Source: Candidatus Omnitrophota bacterium (lineage in GTDB: Bacteria > Omnitrophota > Gorgyraeia > Gygaellales > Profunditerraquicolaceae). From it: a DNA stretch of 64,000 nucleotides. The notes under the pieces are model-generated. The model was not told the DNA's origin. It ran no database searches and saw only the letters and a program-made list of their open reading frames with translations. Numbering within the stretch: the stretch's first letter is position 1; each line of letters starts with the position of its first letter. Position numbers and translations under genes: made by a program. Positions 1 to 9,922 of this stretch are shown here, in pieces. The stretch is taken from positions 6,449 to 70,448 of the forward strand of contig VGKG01000002.1 in NCBI GenBank assembly GCA_016867115.1. Reading direction: 5' to 3'.

Positions 1-405
1 GGTAAGCCGATTTCCGAGCTTCAGCAACAGAGAAGAAGTTTAGGGGAGGAATTTGACGTAAAGTTATTTTGTCTGAACAGAAAGCGTGGTAAGCTTTATC
101 AGCGCATTGATCAGCGCGTAGACAGGATGTTCAAGCTGGGGCTGGAAAAAGAAGTCAAGAGGCTCCTTAAACATAGATTAAGCCGGACCGCCTCTTATGC
201 TATCGGGTTCCGGGAGTTAAAGGGTTACTTTGACGGCCAATACAGTCTTGAAGAAGCAAAGCGCCTGATCAAGAGGAATAGCCGCATGTATGCCAAGCGC
301 CAGCTTACCTGGTTCAGGAAGGACAAGCGCATAAATTGGATCAATTTAAGCGAGAGGGATAAGCCGAAAGAGGCTGCAAACTTACTGTGGAAAAAGCTCT
401 CTTAG
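1..405 (+). CDS. miaA: tRNA dimethylallyltransferase, C-terminal part (5'-truncated by window edge)
   Basis: Frame open from base 1 (GKPISELQ...[12 protein letters not shown]); C-terminal motifs AIGFRE and [10 protein letters not shown]; adjacent to hflX. Confidence 0.93.
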   Translation, partial: GKPISELQQQRRSLGEEFDVKLFCLNRKRGKLYQRIDQRVDRMFKLGLEKEVKRLLKHRLSRTASYAIGFRELKGYFDGQYSLEEAKRLIKRNSRMYAKRQLTWFRKDKRINWINLSERDKPKEAANLLWKKLS

Positions 406-1646
406 TCACCGTAAAACTGAAATCCGGACTTAACCGCTGGCGCATGGAAGATATAGCCTATGAGCTGGAAGAATTGGCGGGGACTGCCGGGGTTGAGGTA
501 TTGGATTGTATAAGCTGTATCTGCGAAAAACCCACCCCTAACTTTTTTATCGGCAGGGGCAAGGTCGAAGAGCTGGCAGTGCTTGCCCAGGAATTAGGCG
601 CAGATACCCTGATCTTCAGCCTTGACCTCTCCGGCACCCAGCAGCGCAATCTTGAGGAGCTCCTTGGCAGGAAGACCATTGACCGCACGCAGCTTATCCT
701 CGATATTTTTGCCAAACACGCCCATAGCCCCGAGGGGAAAGCGCAGGTAGAGCTGGCACAGCTGCAGTATCTTATGCCGCGTTTAGTCGGTAAGGGGATC
801 CTGCTTTCGCGCCTCGGCGGCGGCATCGGGACAAGAGGGCCGGGCGAGCAGAAGCTTGAGGTCGACCGCCGGCGCATCAGGAAACGCATCGACCACTTAA
901 AGAGCGAATTGCGCCACATGGCAGAACACCGCAAGGTCATGCGTAAGAGAAGGAAAGACAAGGCGCTTCCGGTTGCCGCCCTTGTCGGCTACACTAACGC
1001 GGGCAAATCCACGCTGATGAATGCTCTCAGCAATTCCGTCCAGACAGTCTCAGACGGGCTTTTCACCACCCTGGACCCGGTATTTAAGGGAATAAAACTG
1101 CCCAACGGAGAAAATATCGTGGTTTCCGATACAGTAGGGTTCCTGCATCAGCTTCCGCATCATCTGATCGAAGCTTTCAAAGCAACGCTGGAAGAGGTGG
1201 TAGAGGCGGATCTCTTGATCCATGTCTTGGATGCCTCGGCCCGGCGGGTATACGAACACCGCGACGCAGTTTTTTCGGTATTAAAGGAATTAGGCGCAGA
1301 TAAAAAGCCGGTCATTACCGCCTTAAATAAAATAGACCTGCTTGAAGACCAGATGTGGCTCTCCCGCTTAGGGGAAGATATGCTGAATCCGGTGGCTATC
1401 TCGGCAAAGTTCCGCGATAATCTCGATGCGCTGCTAAAAAAGATCCAGCAGGAGTTCAGCGGCCGTATGATAGACCTTGAGATAGTCATTCCCTTGACCC
1501 GGATGGACTTGGTAAATTTATTCCACCGGGAGGGGAAGGTAAAGCACATAGAGTATGACCATGATGGCATAAAAATCCGCCTAAGCCTACCCAAAATCCT
1601 CTATCATAACATCTTGCACAACAAAGATATAGTAATAGTCCGTTAG
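387..1646 (+). CDS. hflX: GTPase HflX
   Basis: [23 protein letters not shown]1 [17 protein letters not shown]. Confidence 0.97.
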   Translation: MEKALLVTVKLKSGLNRWRMEDIAYELEELAGTAGVEVLDCISCICEKPTPNFFIGRGKVEELAVLAQELGADTLIFSLDLSGTQQRNLEELLGRKTIDRTQLILDIFAKHAHSPEGKAQVELAQLQYLMPRLVGKGILLSRLGGGIGTRGPGEQKLEVDRRRIRKRIDHLKSELRHMAEHRKVMRKRRKDKALPVAALVGYTNAGKSTLMNALSNSVQTVSDGLFTTLDPVFKGIKLPNGENIVVSDTVGFLHQLPHHLIEAFKATLEEVVEADLLIHVLDASARRVYEHRDAVFSVLKELGADKKPVITALNKIDLLEDQMWLSRLGEDMLNPVAISAKFRDNLDALLKKIQQEFSGRMIDLEIVIPLTRMDLVNLFHREGKVKHIEYDHDGIKIRLSLPKILYHNILHNKDIVIVR

Positions 1647-1674
1647 AATATCTAATAATTTTTATTAGTTTAAC

Positions 1675-1703
1675 TTGACAAAAAAATTATTATATGTTAT
1701 ATT
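1675..1703 (+). promoter_or_regulatory. Sigma70-type promoter (extended -10) for hspR-like/clpB
   Basis: TTGACA 1675-1680, 17-bp spacer, TGnTATATT ending 1703. Confidence 0.8.
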
Positions 1704-1751
1704 TACCTTGGGTAGGAGAGAAAAGAGCTTCAGGAAAGTAGGCGGTGGCCA

Positions 1752-2012
1752 ATGCCATTATTTGACCTTCAGATCAGTGCGGATGAACCGGTTTATGTGA
1801 TCAGCGTGGTCAGTAAACTGCTGGACATGCCGGTCTGGACCCTGCGGCAGCTGGATAAGGCAGGGATTGTGCGTCCGAAGCGCATCGGAAAGAAGAGCCG
1901 CCTCTATTCCATGAAGGATATCCGCAGGCTTGAATACGTGCATTATTTGATGATCGAGAAACACGTGAATATCCATGGTATAAAGATAATTTTATTAAAG
2001 GAAGAAGGGTAA
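1752..2012 (+). CDS. MerR-family HTH regulator, HspR-like (short)
   Basis: DEPVYVISVVSKLL..TLR...GIVRPKR...RLYS...VNIHGIKIIL resembles the HspR N-terminal domain; directly upstream of clpB. Confidence 0.8.
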   Translation: MPLFDLQISADEPVYVISVVSKLLDMPVWTLRQLDKAGIVRPKRIGKKSRLYSMKDIRRLEYVHYLMIEKHVNIHGIKIILLKEEG

Positions 2013-2029
2013 TTTTTTTTGTATTTATT

Positions 2030-2056
2030 TTAGCACTCTAACTATGCGAGTGCCAA
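2030..2056. promoter_or_regulatory. CIRCE operator upstream of clpB
   Basis: TTAGCACTC-N9-GAGTGCCAA, 1 mismatch to consensus TTAGCACTC-N9-GAGTGCTAA. Confidence 0.92.
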
Positions 2057-2070
2057 CAAATGGAGGCAAG

Positions 2071-4722
2071 ATGAAATCGGATAAACTCACCGTAAGATTA
2101 CAGGAAGCGATCCAGGAGGCAGCGGAGCTGGCTAAGGATAGGGGTCAGCAGCAGGTCGAGCCGGAACATCTTCTTTATGCGTTGCTGCGCCAGGAAGAAA
2201 GTATTGTGGCCAGCGCGATGGATAGATCAGGCATCCCGACTTTTTCTGTTATCCGTTTATTGGAAAACGAATTGAAAAAGCTGCCGGTTGTCCGTGGCGA
2301 CAGCCGGATATTTTTCTCTGGCAGATTAAATCATCTTTTTCAGGCTGCGGCAAGAGAAGCAGAAGGCCTGAAAGACGACTTCATTTCCGGGGAGCATATC
2401 CTTCTTGCCGCTCTTTCTGATCCCGGGAATTCCCTGGCCGGGGAATTCCAGAAATCCGGGATTGACAGGGATAAAGTCTTGACTGCGCTTTCCGGGGTTC
2501 GGGGCAGCCAGCGCGTAACTGATGAGAACCCCGAAGAAAAGTTTAATGCCCTCCAAAAGTACGGCTTGGATCTTACCGAACAGGCCAGAAAGATGAAACT
2601 TGATCCGGTGATCGGCCGCGATAAGGAGATCCGCAGGCTCATGCAGGTTTTAAGCCGGCGCACCAAGAATAACCCGGTATTGTTCGGCGAAGCCGGGGTG
2701 GGAAAGACTGCGGTGGTAGAGGGCCTGGCGCAGCGGATCGCCTCAGGAGATGTGCCTGAAGGCCTGAGAGAAAAGAGGATCGTCTCCCTGGATATGGGGG
2801 CGTTAGTTGCCGGGACTAAATTCCGCGGGGAATTCGAAAACCGCTTAAAAGCAGTACTGAAAGAGATCCAGGCTCAGGACGGAAAGATAATCCTTTTTAT
2901 CGATGAGCTGCATGTCATAGTCGGGGCGGGCGCAGCTGAAGGCGCGATCGACGCTTCTAATATGCTTAAGCCCCTCCTTGCCCGCGGTGCCCTGCGCTGT
3001 ATCGGAGCAACCACCCTCGATGAGTACCGAAGATACATCGAAAAAGACAGCGCCCTTGAGCGCAGGTTCCAGCCGGTATACATCGATGAACCGGATATCC
3101 AGGATACTATCGCTATTTTGCGCGGCCTGAAAGAGAAATACGAAGTACACCACGGAGTGCGCATCAGGGATTCAGCTCTGATCGCCGCAGCCACGCATTC
3201 TTTGCGCTACATAGCTGACCGGCACCTGCCGGATAAGGCAGTGGACCTGATTGATGAAGCAGCCAGCCGGCTGCGGCTTGAGATAGACAGCCTTCCGGCT
3301 GACATCGACAATGTGCAGCGCAGGATAATCCAGCTTGAGATAGAGCGCCAGGCCCTGAAAAAAGAAAAAGACAAGGTCTCCCTTGAGCGCCTTAAAAAAA
3401 TAGAAGAAGAGCTGGATATCCTGAAGAAATCCCTCGGACAAAAGATGAAACAGTGGGAGAACGAGAAGGCGGTGATCTTCAAGATCAAAGAAGCGAAGGA
3501 AAAGATCGAAGAGCTTAAGAATGAAGCAGCCTACGCGGAGAAGGCAGGGGACCTGGATAAGGCTGCCCAGTTCAAGTACGGCCTGCTGGTGGAAGAAGAA
3601 AAAAAGCTAAAAGACTCTCAGTCAGAATTAGACAGACTGCAAAAAAATTCAGGCATGCTGCGCCAGGAGGTCGGTGATGAAGATATTGCGCGGGTCATCT
3701 CTGAATGGACCGGGATCCCCCTGACAAAGCTTCTTGAGTCTGAGACCGAAAAACTTCTTTTGATGGAAGAGGAGTTAAAAAAGAAGGTCGTCGGCCAGGA
3801 TGAGGCGATCGAGGCGATCTCTAACTGTGTGCGCAGAGGGCGCTCTGGCTTAGGGGATGAATCCCGGCCGATGGGCGCTTTTATCTTTATGGGCCCTACC
3901 GGAGTGGGTAAAACTAAGCTCGCCAAAGCCCTGGCAGGATTCCTCTTTGACGATGAAGAGGCTTTGGTGCGGCTGGATATGTCCGAATATATGGAGAAGT
4001 TTAGCGTTTCCCGTCTTATCGGCGCTCCGCCCGGCTATGTGGGTTATGAAGAGGCAGGTCAGCTTACGGAGAAGATCCGCCGCAGGCCCTACGCCGTGAT
4101 CCTGCTGGATGAGATCGAGAAGGCGCATCCGGATGTCTTTAACATCCTGCTTCAGATCATGGATGACGGCAGGCTGACAGACAGTCAGGGCCGCACAGTA
4201 AACTTTAAGAATACGCTGCTGATCATGACCTCTAACATCGGAGCGGAGATCATCCAGCAGTACGGCTCTATCGGATTCTCCCGCTCAATAACTAATAAAT
4301 CTAGCGGGATCCCGCCGGAGGCGGGAAGGCCGGTTAAAGGAGAGGCGGCTTTTAAGGAAGTGAGGAGTCAGCTCCTGGATGAGGCGCGCAAGTTCTTCCG
4401 CCCGGAATTCCTGAACCGGGTGGACGACATCATCGTGTTTAACCCTCTATCCAAGACTGAGATCAAGAAGATCGTAGAGATAGAACTAGTACCCCTGCAG
4501 CAGAAATTGACTCAGCAGGGAGTAGAACTTCAGGTCACGGCAAAGGCTAAGGAATTCCTCTCTGAAAGAGGGTTCGATGCCAATTACGGGGCCAGGCCCC
4601 TTAAGCGCACGCTCCAGAAATATATTCAGGATCCGCTTTCGCGGGGGCTGCTGGACGGCTCTCTGAGAGAGAAGAAGAAGGTTACTGCGGATATGGATAC
4701 GGATAAGATCATATTTAGGTAA
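2071..4722 (+). CDS. clpB: ATP-dependent chaperone ClpB
   Basis: Two Walker A motifs ([16 protein letters not shown]), long coiled-coil middle domain, GAPPGYVGY; ATG 2071 follows GGAGG. Confidence 0.96.
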   Translation: MKSDKLTVRLQEAIQEAAELAKDRGQQQVEPEHLLYALLRQEESIVASAMDRSGIPTFSVIRLLENELKKLPVVRGDSRIFFSGRLNHLFQAAAREAEGLKDDFISGEHILLAALSDPGNSLAGEFQKSGIDRDKVLTALSGVRGSQRVTDENPEEKFNALQKYGLDLTEQARKMKLDPVIGRDKEIRRLMQVLSRRTKNNPVLFGEAGVGKTAVVEGLAQRIASGDVPEGLREKRIVSLDMGALVAGTKFRGEFENRLKAVLKEIQAQDGKIILFIDELHVIVGAGAAEGAIDASNMLKPLLARGALRCIGATTLDEYRRYIEKDSALERRFQPVYIDEPDIQDTIAILRGLKEKYEVHHGVRIRDSALIAAATHSLRYIADRHLPDKAVDLIDEAASRLRLEIDSLPADIDNVQRRIIQLEIERQALKKEKDKVSLERLKKIEEELDILKKSLGQKMKQWENEKAVIFKIKEAKEKIEELKNEAAYAEKAGDLDKAAQFKYGLLVEEEKKLKDSQSELDRLQKNSGMLRQEVGDEDIARVISEWTGIPLTKLLESETEKLLLMEEELKKKVVGQDEAIEAISNCVRRGRSGLGDESRPMGAFIFMGPTGVGKTKLAKALAGFLFDDEEALVRLDMSEYMEKFSVSRLIGAPPGYVGYEEAGQLTEKIRRRPYAVILLDEIEKAHPDVFNILLQIMDDGRLTDSQGRTVNFKNTLLIMTSNIGAEIIQQYGSIGFSRSITNKSSGIPPEAGRPVKGEAAFKEVRSQLLDEARKFFRPEFLNRVDDIIVFNPLSKTEIKKIVEIELVPLQQKLTQQGVELQVTAKAKEFLSERGFDANYGARPLKRTLQKYIQDPLSRGLLDGSLREKKKVTADMDTDKIIFR
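4279..4326. repeat. Double-hairpin palindromic element inserted in-frame in clpB
   Basis: TCCCGCT-N17-AGCGGGA followed directly by TCCCGCC-GGA-GGCGGGA; exactly 16 codons. Confidence 0.75.
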
Positions 4723-4730
4723 TGAATGAT

Positions 4731-4758
4731 TTGACAATACTTTGATTTGTGTTAAAAT
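4731..4758 (+). promoter_or_regulatory. Sigma70-type promoter for hrcA-grpE-dnaK-dnaJ
   Basis: TTGACA 4731-4736, 16 bp, TAAAAT 4753-4758; CIRCE immediately downstream. Confidence 0.75.
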
Positions 4759-4764
4759 TACCCT

Positions 4765-4791
4765 TTAGCACTCTCACCTTGAGAATGCTAA
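4765..4791. promoter_or_regulatory. CIRCE operator upstream of hrcA
   Basis: TTAGCACTC-N9-GAATGCTAA. Confidence 0.92.
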
Positions 4792-4804
4792 CCGGAGGTA
4801 ACCT

Positions 4805-5545
4805 ATGGTAAGAACAGTCGATTACGAATCCAGAAGAAGATCGGTGCTGGCTGCGGCGATCAATAAGTATATCCAGAGCGCGACACCCGTGGCGTCCGAA
4901 GATATTGCCGCCGGATTTAACGTCAGTTCTGCCACCATCCGCAACATCTTCTCTGAGCTGGAGGAGGCAGGGCTCCTGACCCACCCTTATACCTCAGGCG
5001 GCAGGATCCCGACCAACAAAGGGTACCGTTATTACGTGGACCTCCTGCTTTCGAAGATGAAGCTGCTTGAAGATGAAAAGGGCCGCATCGTCAAAGAGTA
5101 TAAGAAAGAGCTCAAGCGCCTTGAGGATGCGCTGGAAGAGACTTCGGGGATCATCTCCCGGATCACGCATTACGCGGGGATCGTCTCCTTCCTTGACTGG
5201 CAGGATAAGTTCTTTTACCGGGGGATCAGCCATATCCTAGAGATGCCGGAGTTCAGCGATTCCCGGCACATCCGCACCCTGATCAGGATGATCGAGGATA
5301 AAGAGAGGCTGCTGGATATCATCAACCGGGATTTCAGCGGCAAAGTGAAGGTCTACATAGGCAGGGAGCTTGAATGCCCGGAGATGGAGAACTGCTCTTT
5401 GGTAGTCTCGCAGTACCGTTTTAAACAGAGGCCTTCGGGAAGGCTTGCGGTATTAGGCCCGGTGCGCATGGAGTATGAGCATATCATCCCGGCTGTGGAG
5501 TATATTTCGGATGTACTGTCGGATGTTTTAGAGGCGTTCATTTAG
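4805..5545 (+). CDS. hrcA: Heat-inducible transcription repressor HrcA (short form)
   Basis: SSATIRN..LEE.G..HPYTSGGRIPT.KGYRYYVD and C-terminal LGPVRMEY; CIRCE upstream; before grpE. Confidence 0.93.
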   Translation: MVRTVDYESRRRSVLAAAINKYIQSATPVASEDIAAGFNVSSATIRNIFSELEEAGLLTHPYTSGGRIPTNKGYRYYVDLLLSKMKLLEDEKGRIVKEYKKELKRLEDALEETSGIISRITHYAGIVSFLDWQDKFFYRGISHILEMPEFSDSRHIRTLIRMIEDKERLLDIINRDFSGKVKVYIGRELECPEMENCSLVVSQYRFKQRPSGRLAVLGPVRMEYEHIIPAVEYISDVLSDVLEAFI

Positions 5546-5560
5546 TTTGGGGTGGAAGCG

Positions 5561-6061
5561 ATGGAAAAGAAAGAGGAGAAGGCCGTAACGCTCAAAGAGT
5601 CCGAATACCTGAAATTGAAAGAAGGGGCGGATAAGGCCGGGGATTACTGGGACAGGTTGTTGCGCACTCAAGCGGATTTCGAGAATATGCGTAAGCGCCT
5701 GGAAAAAGAAAAACAGGATTTTGTGAAGTTCGCCAATGAAGGGATCATCCTTGAGCTCTTAAACATCCTGGATGACCTTGAGCGTACGGTGAATCTCGCT
5801 GAAACGCATAAGCAGGATCCGGAAGCTTTCTTAAAAGGGGTAGAGATGATCCTGGCGCACCTTTACGATATGCTGAAGGCTTACGGAGTAAAACCAATCG
5901 AGGCAGAGGACAAGGTATTTGACCCGCATTATCACGAAGCGCTGATGCAGGTCGAGGATAAGGGGAAGCCGGAACACACAGTAGTTGAAGAGTTGCAAAA
6001 AGGATATATGTTAAACGACAGAGTGATCAGGACAGCGAAGGTAAAGGTGTCAAAGAAGTAA
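5561..6061 (+). CDS. grpE: Nucleotide exchange factor GrpE
   Basis: [33 protein letters not shown]. Confidence 0.96.
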   Translation: MEKKEEKAVTLKESEYLKLKEGADKAGDYWDRLLRTQADFENMRKRLEKEKQDFVKFANEGIILELLNILDDLERTVNLAETHKQDPEAFLKGVEMILAHLYDMLKAYGVKPIEAEDKVFDPHYHEALMQVEDKGKPEHTVVEELQKGYMLNDRVIRTAKVKVSKK

Positions 6062-6126
6062 CCCCCTCGTCCCGCAAAACGGGACTCGGGGTGGAATTTT
6101 CGGAATGGAGGAAAGGAGAAATTTCA

Positions 6127-8055
6127 ATGGCAAAAGTTATCGGGATCGATTTAGGGACTTCAAACTCAGCAGCAGCGACTATGGAAGGCGGACGTCCGGC
6201 GATCATTCCTTCTGCAGAGGGAGCGGGCGTTGCTTCGGGTAAGGCCTTTCCGTCTTACGTGGCTTTCACCAAGGAAGGCCAGCGTCTGGTCGGCGAACCG
6301 GCAAGGCGCCAGGCAGCCATAAACCCGGAAGGGACCATCCAGGCAGCCAAGCGCAAGATGGGTACGGACTACAAATACAAGATTTTCGGCAAAGAGTATA
6401 CCCCGCAGCAGATCTCGGCGTTCATATTGCAAAAGATCAAGCAGGATGCGGAAGGCTATTTGGGGGATAAGGTCGAAGAAGCGGTGATTACCTGCCCTGC
6501 TTATTTTGACGACAACCAGAGGACCGCCACCAAGGACGCCGGAGAGATCGCAGGATTCAAGGTCTTACGTATCATCAATGAGCCGACAGCAGCCTGCCTT
6601 GCTTATGGCCTGGAAAAAGCCGGGAAGGAATTAAAGATCCTGGTCTTTGACTTCGGCGGCGGCACGCTTGACGTCACCATCATGGAGATGTGGAAGGAAG
6701 GCGGTTTTAAGGTCATGGCTACCAGCGGCGATACGCAGCTTGGCGGCACTGACATGGACAATACGCTGATAGATTACATCGCCAAACAGTTCATGCGCGA
6801 TACCGGGATTGACCTAAAGAACGACAAGATGGCCATGCAGCGGCTGCGCGAAGCGGCGGAAAAAGCAAAGGTCGAGCTTTCAAGCACGCTGACTACGGAT
6901 ATAAACTTGCCTTTTATTACCGCGGATGCCACCGGCCCGAAGCACCTGACCATGTCCATTAACCGCGCAAAAATCGAGGAGCTGGTCTCCCCGATCATCG
7001 ACAGATGCCGCGGCCCGTTAGAGCAGGCTCTCCGGGATGCCAAGTCCTCCTTTGAAAAAGAAGGCGTGAGTTTCTCCGGGGCACAAGACGTGGATAAGAT
7101 CATCATGGTCGGCGGGCCTACGCGTATGCCTATCGTGCAGAAGTTTGTGGAGGATTACCTGGGCAAGAAGATAGAGCGCGGGGTTGATCCTATGGAGTGC
7201 GTGGCTTTGGGTGCCGCGATACAGGCCGCGATCATCAAAGGCGAGGTAAAGGATGTCCTGCTTCTTGATGTCACTCCGCTTTCACTGGGTATTGAGACTC
7301 TCGGCGGGGTGAATACCAAGCTGATCGAAAGGAACACCACTATCCCTACCCGCAAGAGCCAGATCTTTTCTACGGCCGGGGATAATCAGACTGCAGTCAC
7401 TATCCGGGTCTTGCAGGGTGAGCGGCAGATGGCAGACGACAACGTGGAGTTAGGCAGGTTTGACCTGGTAGGGATCCCGCCTGCGCCGCGCGGAGTGCCG
7501 CAGATAGAGGTGACCTTTGATATTGACGCAAACGGCATAGTGCACGTCTCAGCCAAGGACCTGGGCACAGGCAAGGAGCAGTCGATCCGCATCACCGCGC
7601 CCAAGAAACTCTCAAAAGATGAGATCGATAAGATGGTCAGGGACGCGGAGAAGTTCGCCGCGGAAGATAGCAAAAGAAAAGAAGAGGTCGAGGCCATCAA
7701 TCAGGCGGATAACCTGGTCTATGCCACGGAAAAATCCCTGAAAGATTTCGGCGATAAGGTATCGCAGGCTGACCGCGCCAATATCGAGGGAGCGATCAAT
7801 GACCTTAAGGCTGCGATAAAGGATAAAAATATCGACCGCATCAAAAAGGGCATGGAAGACCTGTCTAAGGCTTCGCACAAATTGGCCGAAGAGGTCTACA
7901 AGCAGTCCACGGCTAAGCAAAAACAAGGTGAGGCCGGAGGCGCCCCGGGTCCGCAACAGCAGGAAGAGCCAAAGCCCGAGGAGGGAAAGAAGAAGAGGGA
8001 TGATGTGATCGATGCGGAATACAAGGAAGAGGACGATAAAGACAGTAGGCAGTAG
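6127..8055 (+). CDS. dnaK: Chaperone DnaK (Hsp70)
   Basis: [33 protein letters not shown]; SD AAGGAG before ATG 6127. Confidence 0.98.
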   Translation: MAKVIGIDLGTSNSAAATMEGGRPAIIPSAEGAGVASGKAFPSYVAFTKEGQRLVGEPARRQAAINPEGTIQAAKRKMGTDYKYKIFGKEYTPQQISAFILQKIKQDAEGYLGDKVEEAVITCPAYFDDNQRTATKDAGEIAGFKVLRIINEPTAACLAYGLEKAGKELKILVFDFGGGTLDVTIMEMWKEGGFKVMATSGDTQLGGTDMDNTLIDYIAKQFMRDTGIDLKNDKMAMQRLREAAEKAKVELSSTLTTDINLPFITADATGPKHLTMSINRAKIEELVSPIIDRCRGPLEQALRDAKSSFEKEGVSFSGAQDVDKIIMVGGPTRMPIVQKFVEDYLGKKIERGVDPMECVALGAAIQAAIIKGEVKDVLLLDVTPLSLGIETLGGVNTKLIERNTTIPTRKSQIFSTAGDNQTAVTIRVLQGERQMADDNVELGRFDLVGIPPAPRGVPQIEVTFDIDANGIVHVSAKDLGTGKEQSIRITAPKKLSKDEIDKMVRDAEKFAAEDSKRKEEVEAINQADNLVYATEKSLKDFGDKVSQADRANIEGAINDLKAAIKDKNIDRIKKGMEDLSKASHKLAEEVYKQSTAKQKQGEAGGAPGPQQQEEPKPEEGKKKRDDVIDAEYKEEDDKDSRQ

Positions 8056-8068
8056 TTAGCAGTTAGGT

Positions 8069-9226
8069 ATGAGCACAAAGCGAGACTATTACGAGATTCT
8101 TGGGGTAAGAAAAAGCGCCAGCCTTGAAGAGATCAAGAAGGCTTACCGGGAGCTGGCCTTGCGCTACCACCCTGACCGCGTGCCTGCCGAGCAGAAGAAG
8201 GAAGCCGAGGAGAAGTTCAAGGAAGTCTCCGAGGCCTACGCGGTATTGTCAGATGCCCAGAAGCGCGCCCTCTATGACCAGTACGGCCATTCCGGGATTG
8301 ACCAAAAGTATGCTTACGAGGATATCTTCAGGGGCGCGGATTTTAACAGTATCTTCCGCGACTTGGGGGATTTCGGTTTTGGCGGAGGCATCTTTGAAGA
8401 TATCTTTTCGGACCTCGGCTTTGATATCTCCGGCAGCCGTACCCGTAGCGGCGGGAGAGCGCGCAGGGGCCGTGACCTGGAGATCTCTGTCAGTATCAGC
8501 CTGGAAGAAGCGGCGCAGGGCGCGGAAAAAACGGTGACTGTGCCGCGTTATGAAGTCTGTTCTTCCTGCGGCGGAAGCGGGGCAAAGGCCGGCACGAAAA
8601 AGACGGCTTGCCCGCGTTGTAAAGGCAGCGGCCGGACTGTGGTCTCAAACGGCTTCTTTCAGTTAGCCCAGACCTGTTCTCAATGCCGGGGAGAGGGTTC
8701 CATAATCCAGACCCCCTGCCCTGACTGCCGAGGGGAAGGCAGGACAAAGGCTACGCACCGCATCAAGGTGAAGATCCCGGCAGGCGTAGATAACGGTTCG
8801 CAGTTAAGGATGCGCGGCGAAGGCGAAGCCGGCACTGCCGGAAGAGGAGATCTTTATGTATTGATCGAAGTCCGGCCCCATCCTGATTTCGAAAGGCACG
8901 GAAATGACCTTTTAACCGAAATATCGGTGAGCCTCTCTAAAGCGATCCTGGGAGCTGAGGTGGATGTGCCTACTTTAAGCGGCCATGTGAAGATGAAGAT
9001 CCCTGCCGGAACGCAAAGCGGGACAGTCTTTCGCCTTAGAGAAAAAGGCATCCCTGATGTGCATGGTAGGGGGACAGGCGATGAGCTGGTACGGGTGAAC
9101 GTTTCCATCCCCGGCCGCCTTAGCTCGGAACAGCGTAAACTGATTGAGGAGTTTGCCCGGCTCTCCGGAGAAGATACAAATAAAGCAAGCTTTACGGATA
9201 AGTTCAAAAAAGCATTTAACAAGTAG
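8069..9226 (+). CDS. dnaJ: Chaperone DnaJ
   Basis: J domain with HPD, G/F region, four CxxCxGxG repeats. Confidence 0.97.
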   Translation: MSTKRDYYEILGVRKSASLEEIKKAYRELALRYHPDRVPAEQKKEAEEKFKEVSEAYAVLSDAQKRALYDQYGHSGIDQKYAYEDIFRGADFNSIFRDLGDFGFGGGIFEDIFSDLGFDISGSRTRSGGRARRGRDLEISVSISLEEAAQGAEKTVTVPRYEVCSSCGGSGAKAGTKKTACPRCKGSGRTVVSNGFFQLAQTCSQCRGEGSIIQTPCPDCRGEGRTKATHRIKVKIPAGVDNGSQLRMRGEGEAGTAGRGDLYVLIEVRPHPDFERHGNDLLTEISVSLSKAILGAEVDVPTLSGHVKMKIPAGTQSGTVFRLREKGIPDVHGRGTGDELVRVNVSIPGRLSSEQRKLIEEFARLSGEDTNKASFTDKFKKAFNK

Positions 9227-9300
9227 AAGGTAGAAGGAAGTTGCGTTTACCGTTTACCGTATCAACGGTACACTGTAAACGGTACACGGTAAACGGAAGG
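9224..9300. repeat. Heptamer tandem/inverted repeat cluster
   Basis: TAGAAGG x2; CGTTTAC x2; then the complementary run ACGGTAC ACTGTAA ACGGTAC ACGGTAA ACGGAAG. Confidence 0.8.
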
Positions 9301-9321
9301 TACAATTAACTAGGAGAGGAA

Positions 9322-9576
9322 ATGCCGAATTACGAATACGAATGCACGCATTGCAAACACAGGTTTGAGGCCTTTCAGAAGATAACCGATTCCCCTCTTG
9401 ATAAGTGCCCGAAGTGCCAGCATAAAGTAAAGCGTCTGATCGGCAGCGGTTCGGGGATAATCTTTAAGGGAAGGGGCTTTTACGCCACGGATTACCGCAA
9501 GGGAAACCCGCCTTCAAAACCGGCCTCCTGCCCTAAAGCTGATCAGGGCTGCGGCGGATGCCATCCTCATGACTAA
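9322..9576 (+). CDS. FmdB-family zinc-ribbon protein
   Basis: MPNYEYECxxC...CPKC...IFKGRGFYATDY. Confidence 0.9.
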   Translation: MPNYEYECTHCKHRFEAFQKITDSPLDKCPKCQHKVKRLIGSGSGIIFKGRGFYATDYRKGNPPSKPASCPKADQGCGGCHPHD

Positions 9577-9922
9577 GACCCTGAAATACTGGTCTCCGGT
9601 TGCAATTTGTATTTCAATAATCTTTGTTGCCTCTTCTGTCCCTGGAAGCAATATCCCCATCCTCTTTCCCTGGCAGGATAATGCGTTCCATTTTACTATT
9701 TACCTGCTCTTGTGCATGTTTTTACGCCGTGCGCTGCTTAAAACGCTGCCCCGCATAAAGCCTGTTGAAGGCCTCATCTTAACAGTAGCGTTCGGGATTA
9801 TTTATGGTATAATCGATGAGTTACACCAGTCTTTTGTGCCTAATCGAAGCGCCTCTTTCGCTGACATCCTGATCGATAGCCTGGGCGCACTTACCGGGAG
9901 CCTGCTAGCTTGGCCAAGATAA
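9569..9922 (+). CDS. VanZ-family membrane protein
   Basis: Hydrophobic; YGIIDELHQSFVPNRSASFADILID motif. Confidence 0.88.
   Translation: MTKTLKYWSPVAICISIIFVASSVPGSNIPILFPWQDNAFHFTIYLLLCMFLRRALLKTLPRIKPVEGLILTVAFGIIYGIIDELHQSFVPNRSASFADILIDSLGALTGSLLAWPR

Noticed and set aside
1707-1727. HAIR operator (CTTGGGT half-site)
   Set aside because: No matching ACTCAAG right half at 7-bp spacing
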